A DNA stretch of 64,000 bases from Spirochaetaceae bacterium (GTDB taxonomy: Bacteria > Spirochaetota > Spirochaetia > DSM-27196 > SLST01), in the NCBI GenBank assembly GCA_007118855.1, contig SKQU01000026.1, positions 4,505-68,504 on the forward strand, given 5' to 3'. This document shows positions 7,621 to 19,161 of this stretch, piece after piece. The translations under genes were made by a program, and so were the position numbers. The notes beneath the pieces are model-generated. The model did not search any database. It saw only the letters and a list, made by a program, of their open reading frames with translations, and had not been told where the DNA came from. How positions within the stretch are numbered: position 1 is the first letter of the stretch; every line of letters starts with the position of its first letter.

Positions 7621-10278
7621 ATGCAGGAGTATTACTCGTTTAGCAGTACTGAGTATCTCAGTGATCCGGAGATTCTGGAAGCCGTCGGCAGTCGCGGTCG
7701 GCGGATTATGGAGCTTGCATCGCTCGGTGCGCCCATCTCCCCCGGGTTCATCATCACGAACGACACGCTGAACCAGATCGCCGCGGACGAGGCGGGCGTC
7801 TTTGAGATGCTCAAGGATCCGCTCTCGGACATGGAGGCGATCTTTCTCAAAGAGTTCAACAGCAGCTCGAATCCGCTGCTGATCAAGGTCGTGGAGAGTC
7901 CCATGCTCAACATGGTGAACACCTTTTCCACGATTCACAACATCGGGCTGTCAACGCAGACGGTCGATGGCTTCGCGGCGTTCGTGGGCGAACAGTTCGC
8001 CTACCATGAGTTCGGGAACGCGCTCGCGCATATCGCAGAGATGGAGCTTCTGACCGAGGGCGTGCCGGCGCGGCGCAAGACGCAGCTCGAGAAGGCGAGA
8101 AAGGACTTCCACGACGCGGCGGAGAAGGCGGACAGCCGCAAGGCGGTGCTTGCCGCGGTCGACAAGCACGGTGATGTCTTCCCGAGCAAGGTCTTCACCG
8201 ACTGTTACGAACAGTTCCGCTATGTCCTGAAGACATACCACAAGCTCTTCCAGATCAACCAGAGCTCCAGCGATTCTGCAATTCTCGTGCAGACGATGGT
8301 GTTCGGAAACTTCGGGAAGAACAGCCTGTTCGGATACTTCTACACGAGAGACATCATCTCCGGGGAGAGCGGGATCACCGGGGAGTTCTTCGAAGGGTCG
8401 TTCGACGATACCGAGGTCTCCGGGAAGCCGCTTTCGAAGATCGCGAAAGCGGTCAAGACCGAGCTCGACACGATAGGATCGGAGCTCGAGGCGCACTTCC
8501 GGGAGATCCGACGCGTCCGGTTCACGATCGAGCAGGGCAAGTTGTGGGTGATCGACCAGATGGAGGTCATCAACAAGAGCGCTCAGGCGGAGCTGAAGAC
8601 CCTGCTCGATCTGCACAAGAAGAAGGTCATTGACGACAAGTACATCATTGAGACGATCAAGCCGGGTCGTCTGAGCGAGCTGCTGCATCCGGCCCTCGAC
8701 GTTCGATCGGTGAAGGACGCAGGCAGCCAGTCCGGGGGCATCGCCGGCTCGGTCGGCGCGGCGATCGGGCGGGTCTATTTCGACACCGAGGAGCTGATCA
8801 AGGCGTACCGAATGGCCGTGCAGCAGGACGAAGACGCGAACTTCATCCTCGCGATGCCGGCTACCTTCGCCGAGGACGTCAAGGCCATAGAGGTCGCCAC
8901 CGGCGTGCTGTCCAGTGAAGGCGGGTACGCGAGCCATGCACCGGTTGTCGCGCGGAGCCTTGGGAAGGTGGCGCTCGTCAAGCCCGACATCAGCTGGGGC
9001 GACAGGCAGATGAAGATAGGCCGTAAGACGATCAAGCAGGGCGACTACATCACGGTCAACGTACCGTATTACGAGGAGCCTACCGTCTACTACGGACGCG
9101 GCGAGCTGACGAAGCCGAGTCCCGAGGGCAGCGGGCTGCTTGAGTTTCTCGATATCTGTGAAAGACACATCACGCCGGATTTTGACGTGCACTGTAACGG
9201 AGACCAGCCCAAGGACGCGGAGCTCGCGAAGAAGTTCCACGCGCACGGAATAGGTCTCTGCCGAACCGAGCACATGTTCTTCGCGGAGGACCGGATTCTC
9301 AAGTTCCGCACGATGATCATCGCCGGCAACAAGGAGGACCGGGAGAAGGCGCTCGTAGACCTCAAGAAGTTCCAGATCAAGGACTTCTACGAGCTCCTGA
9401 AGATCATGGACGGCATGCCGGTCACGATCCGCCTTCTCGATGCTCCGCTGCATGAGTTCCTTCCGCATACGCGCGAGAGCATGGACGAGTTCGTCAGACA
9501 CTTCCGCAAGCAGTATCCCAAGGTCAGCGAGGCCGAGGTCCGGAATCGGTGCGACCTGCTGAAGGAGTTCAACCCGATGCTCGGCCACCGCGGTATCCGT
9601 GTGGCGATCAGCTACCCGGAGATCTACAACATGCAGGTTGAGGCGATCTTCGAGGCCGCGTACAGGCTCAAGAGCGAGAAGATGAACCCCAGGCCGGAGA
9701 TCATGATTCCGCTCATCATGAGCGCTCACGAGATGAAGACGATCCGCAACGGCAAGCGCATAGAAGGGAAGGCGATCATCGGGATCAAGGAGATAGAGGA
9801 ACGGGTCAAGAAGAAGTTCAAGGCCCGGTCGCTCGACTACAAGGTCGGGACGATGATCGAGCTTCCGGCCGCCGCGCTGAACGCCGACAGTATCGCGCAG
9901 TACGCCGAGTTCTTCAGCTTCGGCACGAACGATCTGACCCAGACGACGAACGGCCTCTCGCGTGACGATTTCAACAGCTTCTTCAGCGACTACAACGAGT
10001 TCGACCTGCTCGAGGCGAATCCGTTCAAAGTGCTCGGGGAACAGGTGAAAGAGCTGATTCGCATTGCGGCCGAACGGGGCCGGCTGACCCGGCCGAGCAT
10101 CTCCATGGGCCTGTGCGGAGAGCACGGTGCGGAGCCTGAGAACATCGCCTACGTTCGAAGCGTCGGTCTGGACTACACCAGTTGCTCGGCATACGGCATC
10201 CCGATAGCCAAGCACGCGGTGGCGAAGATGAACGTCGCAGCCGAAGCCGCTGCCAGGAAGGCCGTCGCCGGCCGCTGA
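7621..10278 (+). CDS. ppdK: Pyruvate, phosphate dikinase
   Basis: 885 aa. Phosphohistidine-domain motif GGYASHAPVVARSLG. PEP-utilising motifs GLCRTEHMFF and FSFGTNDLTQ. SD GGAGAGAGGGA. Confidence 0.95.
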   Translation: MQEYYSFSSTEYLSDPEILEAVGSRGRRIMELASLGAPISPGFIITNDTLNQIAADEAGVFEMLKDPLSDMEAIFLKEFNSSSNPLLIKVVESPMLNMVNTFSTIHNIGLSTQTVDGFAAFVGEQFAYHEFGNALAHIAEMELLTEGVPARRKTQLEKARKDFHDAAEKADSRKAVLAAVDKHGDVFPSKVFTDCYEQFRYVLKTYHKLFQINQSSSDSAILVQTMVFGNFGKNSLFGYFYTRDIISGESGITGEFFEGSFDDTEVSGKPLSKIAKAVKTELDTIGSELEAHFREIRRVRFTIEQGKLWVIDQMEVINKSAQAELKTLLDLHKKKVIDDKYIIETIKPGRLSELLHPALDVRSVKDAGSQSGGIAGSVGAAIGRVYFDTEELIKAYRMAVQQDEDANFILAMPATFAEDVKAIEVATGVLSSEGGYASHAPVVARSLGKVALVKPDISWGDRQMKIGRKTIKQGDYITVNVPYYEEPTVYYGRGELTKPSPEGSGLLEFLDICERHITPDFDVHCNGDQPKDAELAKKFHAHGIGLCRTEHMFFAEDRILKFRTMIIAGNKEDREKALVDLKKFQIKDFYELLKIMDGMPVTIRLLDAPLHEFLPHTRESMDEFVRHFRKQYPKVSEAEVRNRCDLLKEFNPMLGHRGIRVAISYPEIYNMQVEAIFEAAYRLKSEKMNPRPEIMIPLIMSAHEMKTIRNGKRIEGKAIIGIKEIEERVKKKFKARSLDYKVGTMIELPAAALNADSIAQYAEFFSFGTNDLTQTTNGLSRDDFNSFFSDYNEFDLLEANPFKVLGEQVKELIRIAAERGRLTRPSISMGLCGEHGAEPENIAYVRSVGLDYTSCSAYGIPIAKHAVAKMNVAAEAAARKAVAGR

Positions 10279-10280
10279 TC

Positions 10281-10304
10281 CCGCGGCGGTTGGTGCCGCC
10301 GCGG
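10281..10304. terminator. GC-rich hairpin between convergent ppdK and the J-domain gene
   Basis: CCGCGGCGG-ttggtg-CCGCCGCGG, a perfect 9-bp stem with a 6-nt loop starting 3 nt after the ppdK stop. No U-tract. Confidence 0.5.
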
Positions 10305-10323
10305 ATGAACGCCTGAGCCCGGC

Positions 10324-11148
10324 CTATAGTCCGAGCTCAGGCAGACGCTCCGAGATTCCCAGGAGCGCCTGAAACGCGTCCAGCAGACAGAGTTTGACGG
10401 CGGTCTCGGTGACCCAGCTCGAGGTCTTGTAGTTGGTCACCACCGCCATGTACTCGTTGAGGCTCACCGCGAGGCTCTGCGGTGAGGCGAGCTCACCGTG
10501 TGGGGAGAGCTCGTGGCGGAAGAAGGCCCGCCTGATCGCCGCGTCGAGCGCGCGGCTTCCCTCGCGGTAACGACGGTAGGCGCCGTGCTCGTCGCGTGAG
10601 CTCGTCGGCGCAAAGGCGCGGTCGATCTGCATGCACTGGAGAAATGCCCGGGTGAACCCGGTGAAGATCTCAAGGGTTTCGCCGTCGACCGGGTTGGGCA
10701 CACGCAGGCGTTCGAGCTGGGCCAGCGCGTCGGTGATTCGGCGGACCGCCCCGCGGTAGCGGATCCGCGGGGTGCCCGCCCGGCGCTGGTGCGGATTCTC
10801 CAGTCCGTACTGGTAGTAGGTGAACACCCCGTCGAGAACACGATTTGCGATGTTCGAGAACAGCGCGGTGAAATCATCGTGCGCGCGGATCTCCCTGTCC
10901 AGGTGGGCCTGGACCTCTTCGTAGCGCAGCGCGGCGAGGTGCTCGACCGCTACGTCGTACGCTGCGTTTATCTTCACCATTGAGGTATGCGCCCATTCGA
11001 GGCGTTCGGGGTTGTAGTCGGGGTGATAGCGACGAACGAGCCTCCGGTACGAGGTGTTCAGGTCGCGCAGGGACGCCGCAGGGGATATCTTGAAGAGCGC
11101 GAGTGCCTTCTCCGCAGAGACGAAGGCCCGGCCGGAACGCGGCGCCAT
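10324..11148 (-). CDS. J-domain (DnaJ-like) protein with an uncharacterised ~200-aa C-terminal region
   Basis: 274 aa. N-terminal J-domain signature LNTSYRRLVRRYHPDYNP (HPD tripeptide) plus KINAAYDV. Confidence 0.8.
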   Translation of the reverse strand: MAPRSGRAFVSAEKALALFKISPAASLRDLNTSYRRLVRRYHPDYNPERLEWAHTSMVKINAAYDVAVEHLAALRYEEVQAHLDREIRAHDDFTALFSNIANRVLDGVFTYYQYGLENPHQRRAGTPRIRYRGAVRRITDALAQLERLRVPNPVDGETLEIFTGFTRAFLQCMQIDRAFAPTSSRDEHGAYRRYREGSRALDAAIRRAFFRHELSPHGELASPQSLAVSLNEYMAVVTNYKTSSWVTETAVKLCLLDAFQALLGISERLPELGL

Positions 11149-11200
11149 AGCCCGGCAAGTGTAATGATTGCGTCAGACTTCCTCAAGGCGGAAGATGTTT

Positions 11201-11229
11201 TTGACGAAGTCCATGTCGCGACGTATAAT
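11201..11229 (+). promoter_or_regulatory. Near-consensus sigma70 promoter (TTGACG-N17-TATAAT)
   Basis: TTGACG at 11201-11206 and TATAAT at 11224-11229 with an exact 17-nt spacer. GGAGGG SD at 11240-11245 and ATG at 11249. Confidence 0.6.
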
Positions 11230-11248
11230 GGAGTTATTCGGAGGGTAC

Positions 11249-11800
11249 ATGGCGCAGATCAAGGACCTGTTCAAGGCATACATGGCGAGCGAGCTTCCGA
11301 CCGACGGCGGGCTCATCATCACCTCGTTCTTTGACGAGGAGACGACCTATACGAAGTACGAGGTCACCTCCTACAACAACGTCAAGGACATCTACCGCAA
11401 CGAGGAAGGCATCGTCTTCCAGGCCGACGGGTACAAGCAGTTTGTTGTCGTGGAGCCGGCAAGCTACAGCCGCAAACACATGGAACCCGCGATGCGCGAT
11501 CGCGGCCACGCGATCCCGTACCGGTTCAAGGAGGTGGACTCGCTCGTCTCCAAACGGCAGGACAGGATCATGCTGGGCAAGGAACCGGTGATTACGTATA
11601 CCAGTTTCACGATCCTGCAGCCGGTAGGCGAGAACTTCGCCTACGTCGTCTACAAGGAGCCGGACATCCTGCAGACGATCGAGTCGTTCTTCGCGAAGAG
11701 TCTCTGGCAGGATGCGCGTGTGCCCAAGACCGACGCCGAAAAGGTGGCGAAGACGATCGCGCAGAGTCTGCACAAGATACTGAACCCCGCGGAGAATTGA
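11249..11800 (+). CDS. Hypothetical protein (183 aa)
   Basis: The track ORF begins at a TTG (11168). The ATG at 11249 has a proper SD and lies downstream of the consensus promoter. I recognise no motif. Confidence 0.65.
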   Translation: MAQIKDLFKAYMASELPTDGGLIITSFFDEETTYTKYEVTSYNNVKDIYRNEEGIVFQADGYKQFVVVEPASYSRKHMEPAMRDRGHAIPYRFKEVDSLVSKRQDRIMLGKEPVITYTSFTILQPVGENFAYVVYKEPDILQTIESFFAKSLWQDARVPKTDAEKVAKTIAQSLHKILNPAEN

Positions 11801-11806
11801 CCCGGG

Positions 11807-11829
11807 CGCGGAGCGAACAGCTCTCCGCG
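11807..11829 (+). terminator. Hairpin after the hypothetical gene
   Basis: CGCGGAG-N9-CTCCGCG (7-bp stem) starting 7 nt after the stop. No U-tract. Confidence 0.3.
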
Positions 11830-11856
11830 ACGGGCTGGCGGTCGACGGGGTCGATC

Positions 11857-11865
11857 TGATATAGT
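11857..11865 (+). promoter_or_regulatory. Extended -10 element (TGaTATAGT) 7 nt upstream of ATG 11873
   Basis: TG-n-TATAGT with no SD between it and the start codon, which suggests a leaderless transcript. Confidence 0.35.
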
Positions 11866-11872
11866 CTGGCGC

Positions 11873-12919
11873 ATGCAAGCACTCGTTCTGACGCGCAACA
11901 CGACGCTCGAGATCCAGGACCTGCCGCTTCCCGAACCAGGCTTCGGGGAAGTTCGGGTCGATGTTCGTGCGGTCGGCATCTGCGGGAGCGACGTCCACGG
12001 CTACGACGGGTCAAGCGGTCGCCGCGTGCCGCCGCTCGTTATGGGGCACGAGGCCTCGGGCGTGATCGGCGCCGTCGGTGCCGGGGTCGATCGGTGGAAG
12101 CCCGGCGATCGGGTTACCTTTGATTCGACCGTGTACCGGCTGGACGACTGGTACTCGCGCCGCGGCCAGTACAACCTGAGCGACGGGCGCGAGGTTCTCG
12201 GGGTCGCCACGGGTGAGTTCTCGCGCGCGGGATGCTTCGCGGAATCCGTCGTAATGCCCGCGCATGTTCTCTACGCCATACCGCACGGCGTCTCGTTCGA
12301 GCATGCTGCGCTCGTCGAGCCGTACGGCGTTGCGATGCACGCGGTCCGGCTCGGTGCGACAGAGCCCGGCATGGTCGCCGTCGTCGTGGGGTGCGGGACG
12401 ATAGGCCTGTGTCTGATCCAGATCCTTGCGGCGGCCGGCATGCGCAGCGTCGTCGCGGTTGATCTGGACGCCGGGCGCCGGGCGCTCGCCCGGGAGACGG
12501 GGGCGACGCACGACATGGACCCGCGGGACGGCGGCGAGGAGGCGGTGGCGCGGCTGTGCGGATCCCTGACCGAGGGACGCGGCGCGGACTACTCCTTCGA
12601 GGCCGTGGGTACCGCGGCGCCGCTCGGCACGGCGATCGCCGCGGTGCGCCGCGGCGGCACCGTGGTGCTCGTGGGGAATCTTGCGCCCGAGGCGGCTATC
12701 CCTCTGCAACGCATCGTGACGCAGCAGATTCGCCTCCAGGGAAGCTGCGCCATCGCCGGCGAGTTCGACCAGGTGCTCGCCCTGCTCGCCGCAGAGAAAC
12801 TCAGACCTGATCTGCTCGTCTCACGGGTCGCCCCACTCTCAGAGGGTCCTCACTGGTTCGAGCGCCTCTACAATGCCGAACCCGGACTGATGAAGGTGAT
12901 TCTGCGGCCCGGCCGGTAG
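11873..12919 (+). CDS. Zinc-dependent medium-chain alcohol/polyol dehydrogenase (sorbitol/threonine DH family)
   Basis: 348 aa. GICGSDVHGY and GHEASGVIGAVG zinc-ligand motifs. GCGTIGL Rossmann motif. Confidence 0.85.
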   Translation: MQALVLTRNTTLEIQDLPLPEPGFGEVRVDVRAVGICGSDVHGYDGSSGRRVPPLVMGHEASGVIGAVGAGVDRWKPGDRVTFDSTVYRLDDWYSRRGQYNLSDGREVLGVATGEFSRAGCFAESVVMPAHVLYAIPHGVSFEHAALVEPYGVAMHAVRLGATEPGMVAVVVGCGTIGLCLIQILAAAGMRSVVAVDLDAGRRALARETGATHDMDPRDGGEEAVARLCGSLTEGRGADYSFEAVGTAAPLGTAIAAVRRGGTVVLVGNLAPEAAIPLQRIVTQQIRLQGSCAIAGEFDQVLALLAAEKLRPDLLVSRVAPLSEGPHWFERLYNAEPGLMKVILRPGR

Positions 12920-12950
12920 AGAGAGGCCGCGCGAGTCGCTCCTGAGCGTC

Positions 12951-16079
<3,129 letters not shown>

Positions 16080-16083
<4 letters not shown>

Positions 16084-16112
16084 CCGTACGGTTGATGACA
16101 ACCGTTGGGTTG
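16080..16112. promoter_or_regulatory. Operator-like sites upstream of lacZ: a perfect 16-bp palindrome plus an adjacent 12/14 copy
   Basis: TCAACCGTACGGTTGA at 16080-16095. CAACCGTTGGGTTG at 16099-16112 matches CAACCGTACGGTTG at 12 of 14 positions. A further ACCGTACGTTG lies at 16055-16065. Confidence 0.45.
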
Positions 16113-16161
16113 GGACAACTCTGCCCTTGACGCGCCTTCGCGCCGCACGCATCATCCTCGC

Positions 16162-16845
16162 GTGTACCGTCGCCGTGCCCTGCTCGCCTTGCTGCTGCTC
16201 GTCTGCGGGATCGCCTCAGGCGAGGAGGCCGGGCCCCGGGCGACCGTTCGCCACCGTCTGTCGTTTCTGGGGGTCACGCGGTCGCAGGAGGCGGTCCCGT
16301 TGCTCGTGCTGCTCGGCGATCGCGCCGATACGCCTCCAACCGTTGCCGGGGTGCTCGGCTCCGAGCGGATGCGCGCCTACCATCCGCTCTACGTGCTCGC
16401 GATCCAGGCAGAGGGTATTGCGGAGCAGCCGACGGTCCGGACGGTCCGGTCGACGATCGAGCGCGTTCGTGACGCCTATGATGTGGATCCGGCGCGCGTC
16501 TATCTCGTGGGCGAGGGCAGCGGCGCGGACCTGATCTGGCGTCTGCTCGAGTCGTTCCCCCTCGACTATGCGGCGGCGGTGCCCGCGAACGGGCAGGGTG
16601 CACCCCGGCTCGTAGAGCGGTTCGCGGAAGTGCCCATGTGGATCTTCCACGATGCTGATGACGAGCGCGTGCCGGTCGACGTCGCGCGGGCGACCGTGGG
16701 TGCGCTCTGGGCCGCCGGAGCTGATGTCCGGTACACCGAGTACCGGGACCAGGAGACCGACCGATGGGCCGCGCTGCGGCGGGAGGACCGGTTGCTCTTC
16801 TGGCTCTTCATGCAGCGCCGTGAACAGGGTAGAGTCAACCGATGA
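16162..16845 (+). CDS. Secreted or lipoprotein-like alpha/beta-hydrolase-fold protein (putative esterase; non-canonical nucleophile motif)
   Basis: The track ORF starts at a TTG inside the lacZ operator region. An in-frame GTG at 16162 gives the signal-like N-terminus VYRRRALLALLLLVCGIASG. Also LLVLLGD, YLVGEGSGAD and PMWIFHDADDERVPV esterase-like strings. The start is uncertain. Confidence 0.45.
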   Translation: MYRRRALLALLLLVCGIASGEEAGPRATVRHRLSFLGVTRSQEAVPLLVLLGDRADTPPTVAGVLGSERMRAYHPLYVLAIQAEGIAEQPTVRTVRSTIERVRDAYDVDPARVYLVGEGSGADLIWRLLESFPLDYAAAVPANGQGAPRLVERFAEVPMWIFHDADDERVPVDVARATVGALWAAGADVRYTEYRDQETDRWAALRREDRLLFWLFMQRREQGRVNR

Positions 16846-18485
16846 ACAGCGCACCGCAATCGCTTCAGGCCTCTGTGCTCGCCGTGGGGTCCGGCAAGGG
16901 CGGCGTCGGCAAGTCGACCACCAGCGTGAACCTCGCGATCGTCGCCGCAAAGAGCGGGCGGCGCGTCGGGATCGTTGACCTCGATCCTCTGTCGAACATC
17001 GCCACCATCCTCGACGTGCCGGAACGCGACCTCGCTCGCGTCGCCGAGCGGGTCACGCATGAGACCGCATCGCTCCCGGATCAGACGGTTCGGCTCTTCC
17101 GAAACGTCGACCTGCTCTTCCCCCGGCCCAAGCTGGCGCGCGGCGAGAGCGCGAAGCTTCGCGCGGCGCTCTTCGAGCGCAATCGCTCCGTGCTGCTCGA
17201 CCGGTATGACCTGGTGATCTGCGACATGCCGGCCGGAATCGGGCGGGAGGAGAATCTCGCCTTTCTGCCCTTCGTCGACGCTCTGATCATCGTGACGAAT
17301 CCCGAGCCGACGTCGCACGTCTCGGCCGGGGGCTACATCCGGGTCGCCCGTGAGATCCGGCCCGATCTGCCGGTCCTGTTCTGGCACAATCGCCACCGTC
17401 AGACGATGCCCGGGGGATTCAACCCTACGGACGTGATTGGAAACTACAACCGCTATGTCGACGACGAGCTGCGGATCGACCCGGGGACGGCCGCGACGGT
17501 CTCGCACGTGGCGCTCATCCCGGACGACCCATCGTTGAACCTGCTGCAGCAGACGCTCGCCTTTGAGGCGCACGTGCTCGGCAAGCTGCTCGACGCGACG
17601 CAGATGCTTCACAAGGCGGTGATCGCGGGGATCGAGTCGGGCGGTGTGTTCGGCGGCGCGGCGAATCTGCTGCGCTATTACCTGAGCGCTCACCCGGGGC
17701 GACTCGCGCCGGATGAGCTGTCGCAGGAAGCGGTCCGGTACCTCACGGGAGGGGAGGCCGAAGGGTTCGGGCCGGCGGCAGGCGATGCGGACGGCGGGAT
17801 CGACGCGGCGTCGGTCGACTCGTTCGTGCATCGCTACGCCGGCCACCCGTTGACGAACTCGCTTCGCGAGACCGTCTTTGCGATTGAGCGGGCCGCAGAG
17901 CACGTCGTCGACCAGCAGCGGCTCTTCGCAACCGGCCGCGGCGACCGGCGGCCCATCACCCACGCCGCGGCCTGTGTGCGCCGTCTGATCGACGCCGTCG
18001 ACACCCACGCGGTGACGCCGTTCGAGCGGAATCTCGGCGGCATACTCCTGTGCTACCTTGGGATTCTGCTGATCTCCGGGGCGCCGCAGGTGCGTTCGCT
18101 CGTCGCGTCGGTGATTCCACGGCGCAGCGAGGAGGGACGCATCGTCCGCGACCGCCGGCACCAGATCCGCAATCTGATCGAGCGAAACGAGACATACCAC
18201 CGGCGGTACTTCACGCTCGTCCGCAAGGTCTACCCGGTGCTGGTTCACCAGATCAACCGGCTCGCGGACGCCGCCGGGTGGGGCGCAATCGTGCTCCGCG
18301 CGCGTGACGGAAGCGTCAACCGCAACGCCTACCTGAAGCTCCTGACGCACGTGCTGCACGACTCGCTGCACGCCGGACTCGGGATCTACGTTGGCTTCCG
18401 CTACAACCAGGCCGGCCGCGCGATCGAGGAGGGCGCGAAGAAGGTGCTCGCCCGTGTCCCGAGGCGGCAGCCGCCTACTGCCTGA
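16842..18485 (+). CDS. MinD/ParA-family ATPase with a ~300-aa uncharacterised C-terminal extension
   Basis: 547 aa. Deviant Walker A AVGSGKGGVGKSTT, then VGIVDLDPLSN and Walker B-like DLVICDMPAG. The ATG overlaps the upstream stop (ATGA). Confidence 0.8.
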   Translation: MNSAPQSLQASVLAVGSGKGGVGKSTTSVNLAIVAAKSGRRVGIVDLDPLSNIATILDVPERDLARVAERVTHETASLPDQTVRLFRNVDLLFPRPKLARGESAKLRAALFERNRSVLLDRYDLVICDMPAGIGREENLAFLPFVDALIIVTNPEPTSHVSAGGYIRVAREIRPDLPVLFWHNRHRQTMPGGFNPTDVIGNYNRYVDDELRIDPGTAATVSHVALIPDDPSLNLLQQTLAFEAHVLGKLLDATQMLHKAVIAGIESGGVFGGAANLLRYYLSAHPGRLAPDELSQEAVRYLTGGEAEGFGPAAGDADGGIDAASVDSFVHRYAGHPLTNSLRETVFAIERAAEHVVDQQRLFATGRGDRRPITHAAACVRRLIDAVDTHAVTPFERNLGGILLCYLGILLISGAPQVRSLVASVIPRRSEEGRIVRDRRHQIRNLIERNETYHRRYFTLVRKVYPVLVHQINRLADAAGWGAIVLRARDGSVNRNAYLKLLTHVLHDSLHAGLGIYVGFRYNQAGRAIEEGAKKVLARVPRRQPPTA

Positions 18486-19161
18486 GGACGGCCCGCTGGG
18501 CGGCCATGATCTCGTCGATTCCCGCCTCCGCAGCGTCGAGCAGATCGTTGAGCTGCCGGCGGGTGAATGATCCGTTTTCGCCTGTTCCCTGGACCTCTAT
18601 GAGCGCCTCGTCGCGCCGCACGACGTTCATGTCCACATCCGCGTGCGAATCCTGCGCGTAGTCGAGGTCGCAGACGATTTCGCCGTCCACGATGCCGACG
18701 CTGACCGCGGCGATCTGCCCGATCAGATAGTGATGCGGGCCGGGTTGCCCCTGTGCCGCCGCGAGCGCCGCGAGGGCGTCGTGGAGCGCCACCCAGCCCC
18801 CGGTGATTGCGGCGGTCCGGGTGCCTCCGTCGGCCTCCAGGACGTCGCAGTCGACGGTGATCGTGACCTCGCCGAGGAGGCTCAGATCGACCGCGGTGCG
18901 CAGACTCCGGCCGATGAGCCGCTGGATCTCCGTGCTGCGCCCGTCTCGTTTGCCGATCTCACGCGGCTTGCGGCCGCCCGGCGTGCTTCCCGGCAGCATC
19001 GAGTACTCCGCGGTGATCCAGCCCCTCCCCGTGTCGCGCAGGAAGGGCGGTACCGTCGCCTCGATCGTGGCCGAGCAGAGAACCTGCGTCAGTCCGAATT
19101 TGACGAGGCACGATCCGGCCGGATTTCGCAGCGCCTTGCGTGCGAACTCGAGACGCCTCAC
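18475..19161 (-). CDS. rph: Ribonuclease PH
   Basis: WITAEYSMLPGST, GRSTEIQRLIGRSLR and DCDVLEADGGTRTAAITG align by eye with E. coli RNase PH. The track ORF extends into fucU. I place the start at the GTG overlapping the fucU TGA (GTGA). The start is uncertain. Confidence 0.85.
   Translation of the reverse strand: MRRLEFARKALRNPAGSCLVKFGLTQVLCSATIEATVPPFLRDTGRGWITAEYSMLPGSTPGGRKPREIGKRDGRSTEIQRLIGRSLRTAVDLSLLGEVTITVDCDVLEADGGTRTAAITGGWVALHDALAALAAAQGQPGPHHYLIGQIAAVSVGIVDGEIVCDLDYAQDSHADVDMNVVRRDEALIEVQGTGENGSFTRRQLNDLLDAAEAGIDEIMAAQRAVLRQ

Noticed and set aside
7951-10215. 754-aa ORF antisense to ppdK
   Set aside because: The plus strand encodes an unmistakable PPDK with all signature motifs. 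The antisense product is an R/L/V/D-rich shadow with no motif.
16566-18371. 601-aa minus-strand ORF opposite the second MinD/ParA gene
   Set aside because: The plus strand has a clean deviant Walker A and ParA core plus ATGA coupling. The antisense ORF is R/V/D/H-rich with no motif.
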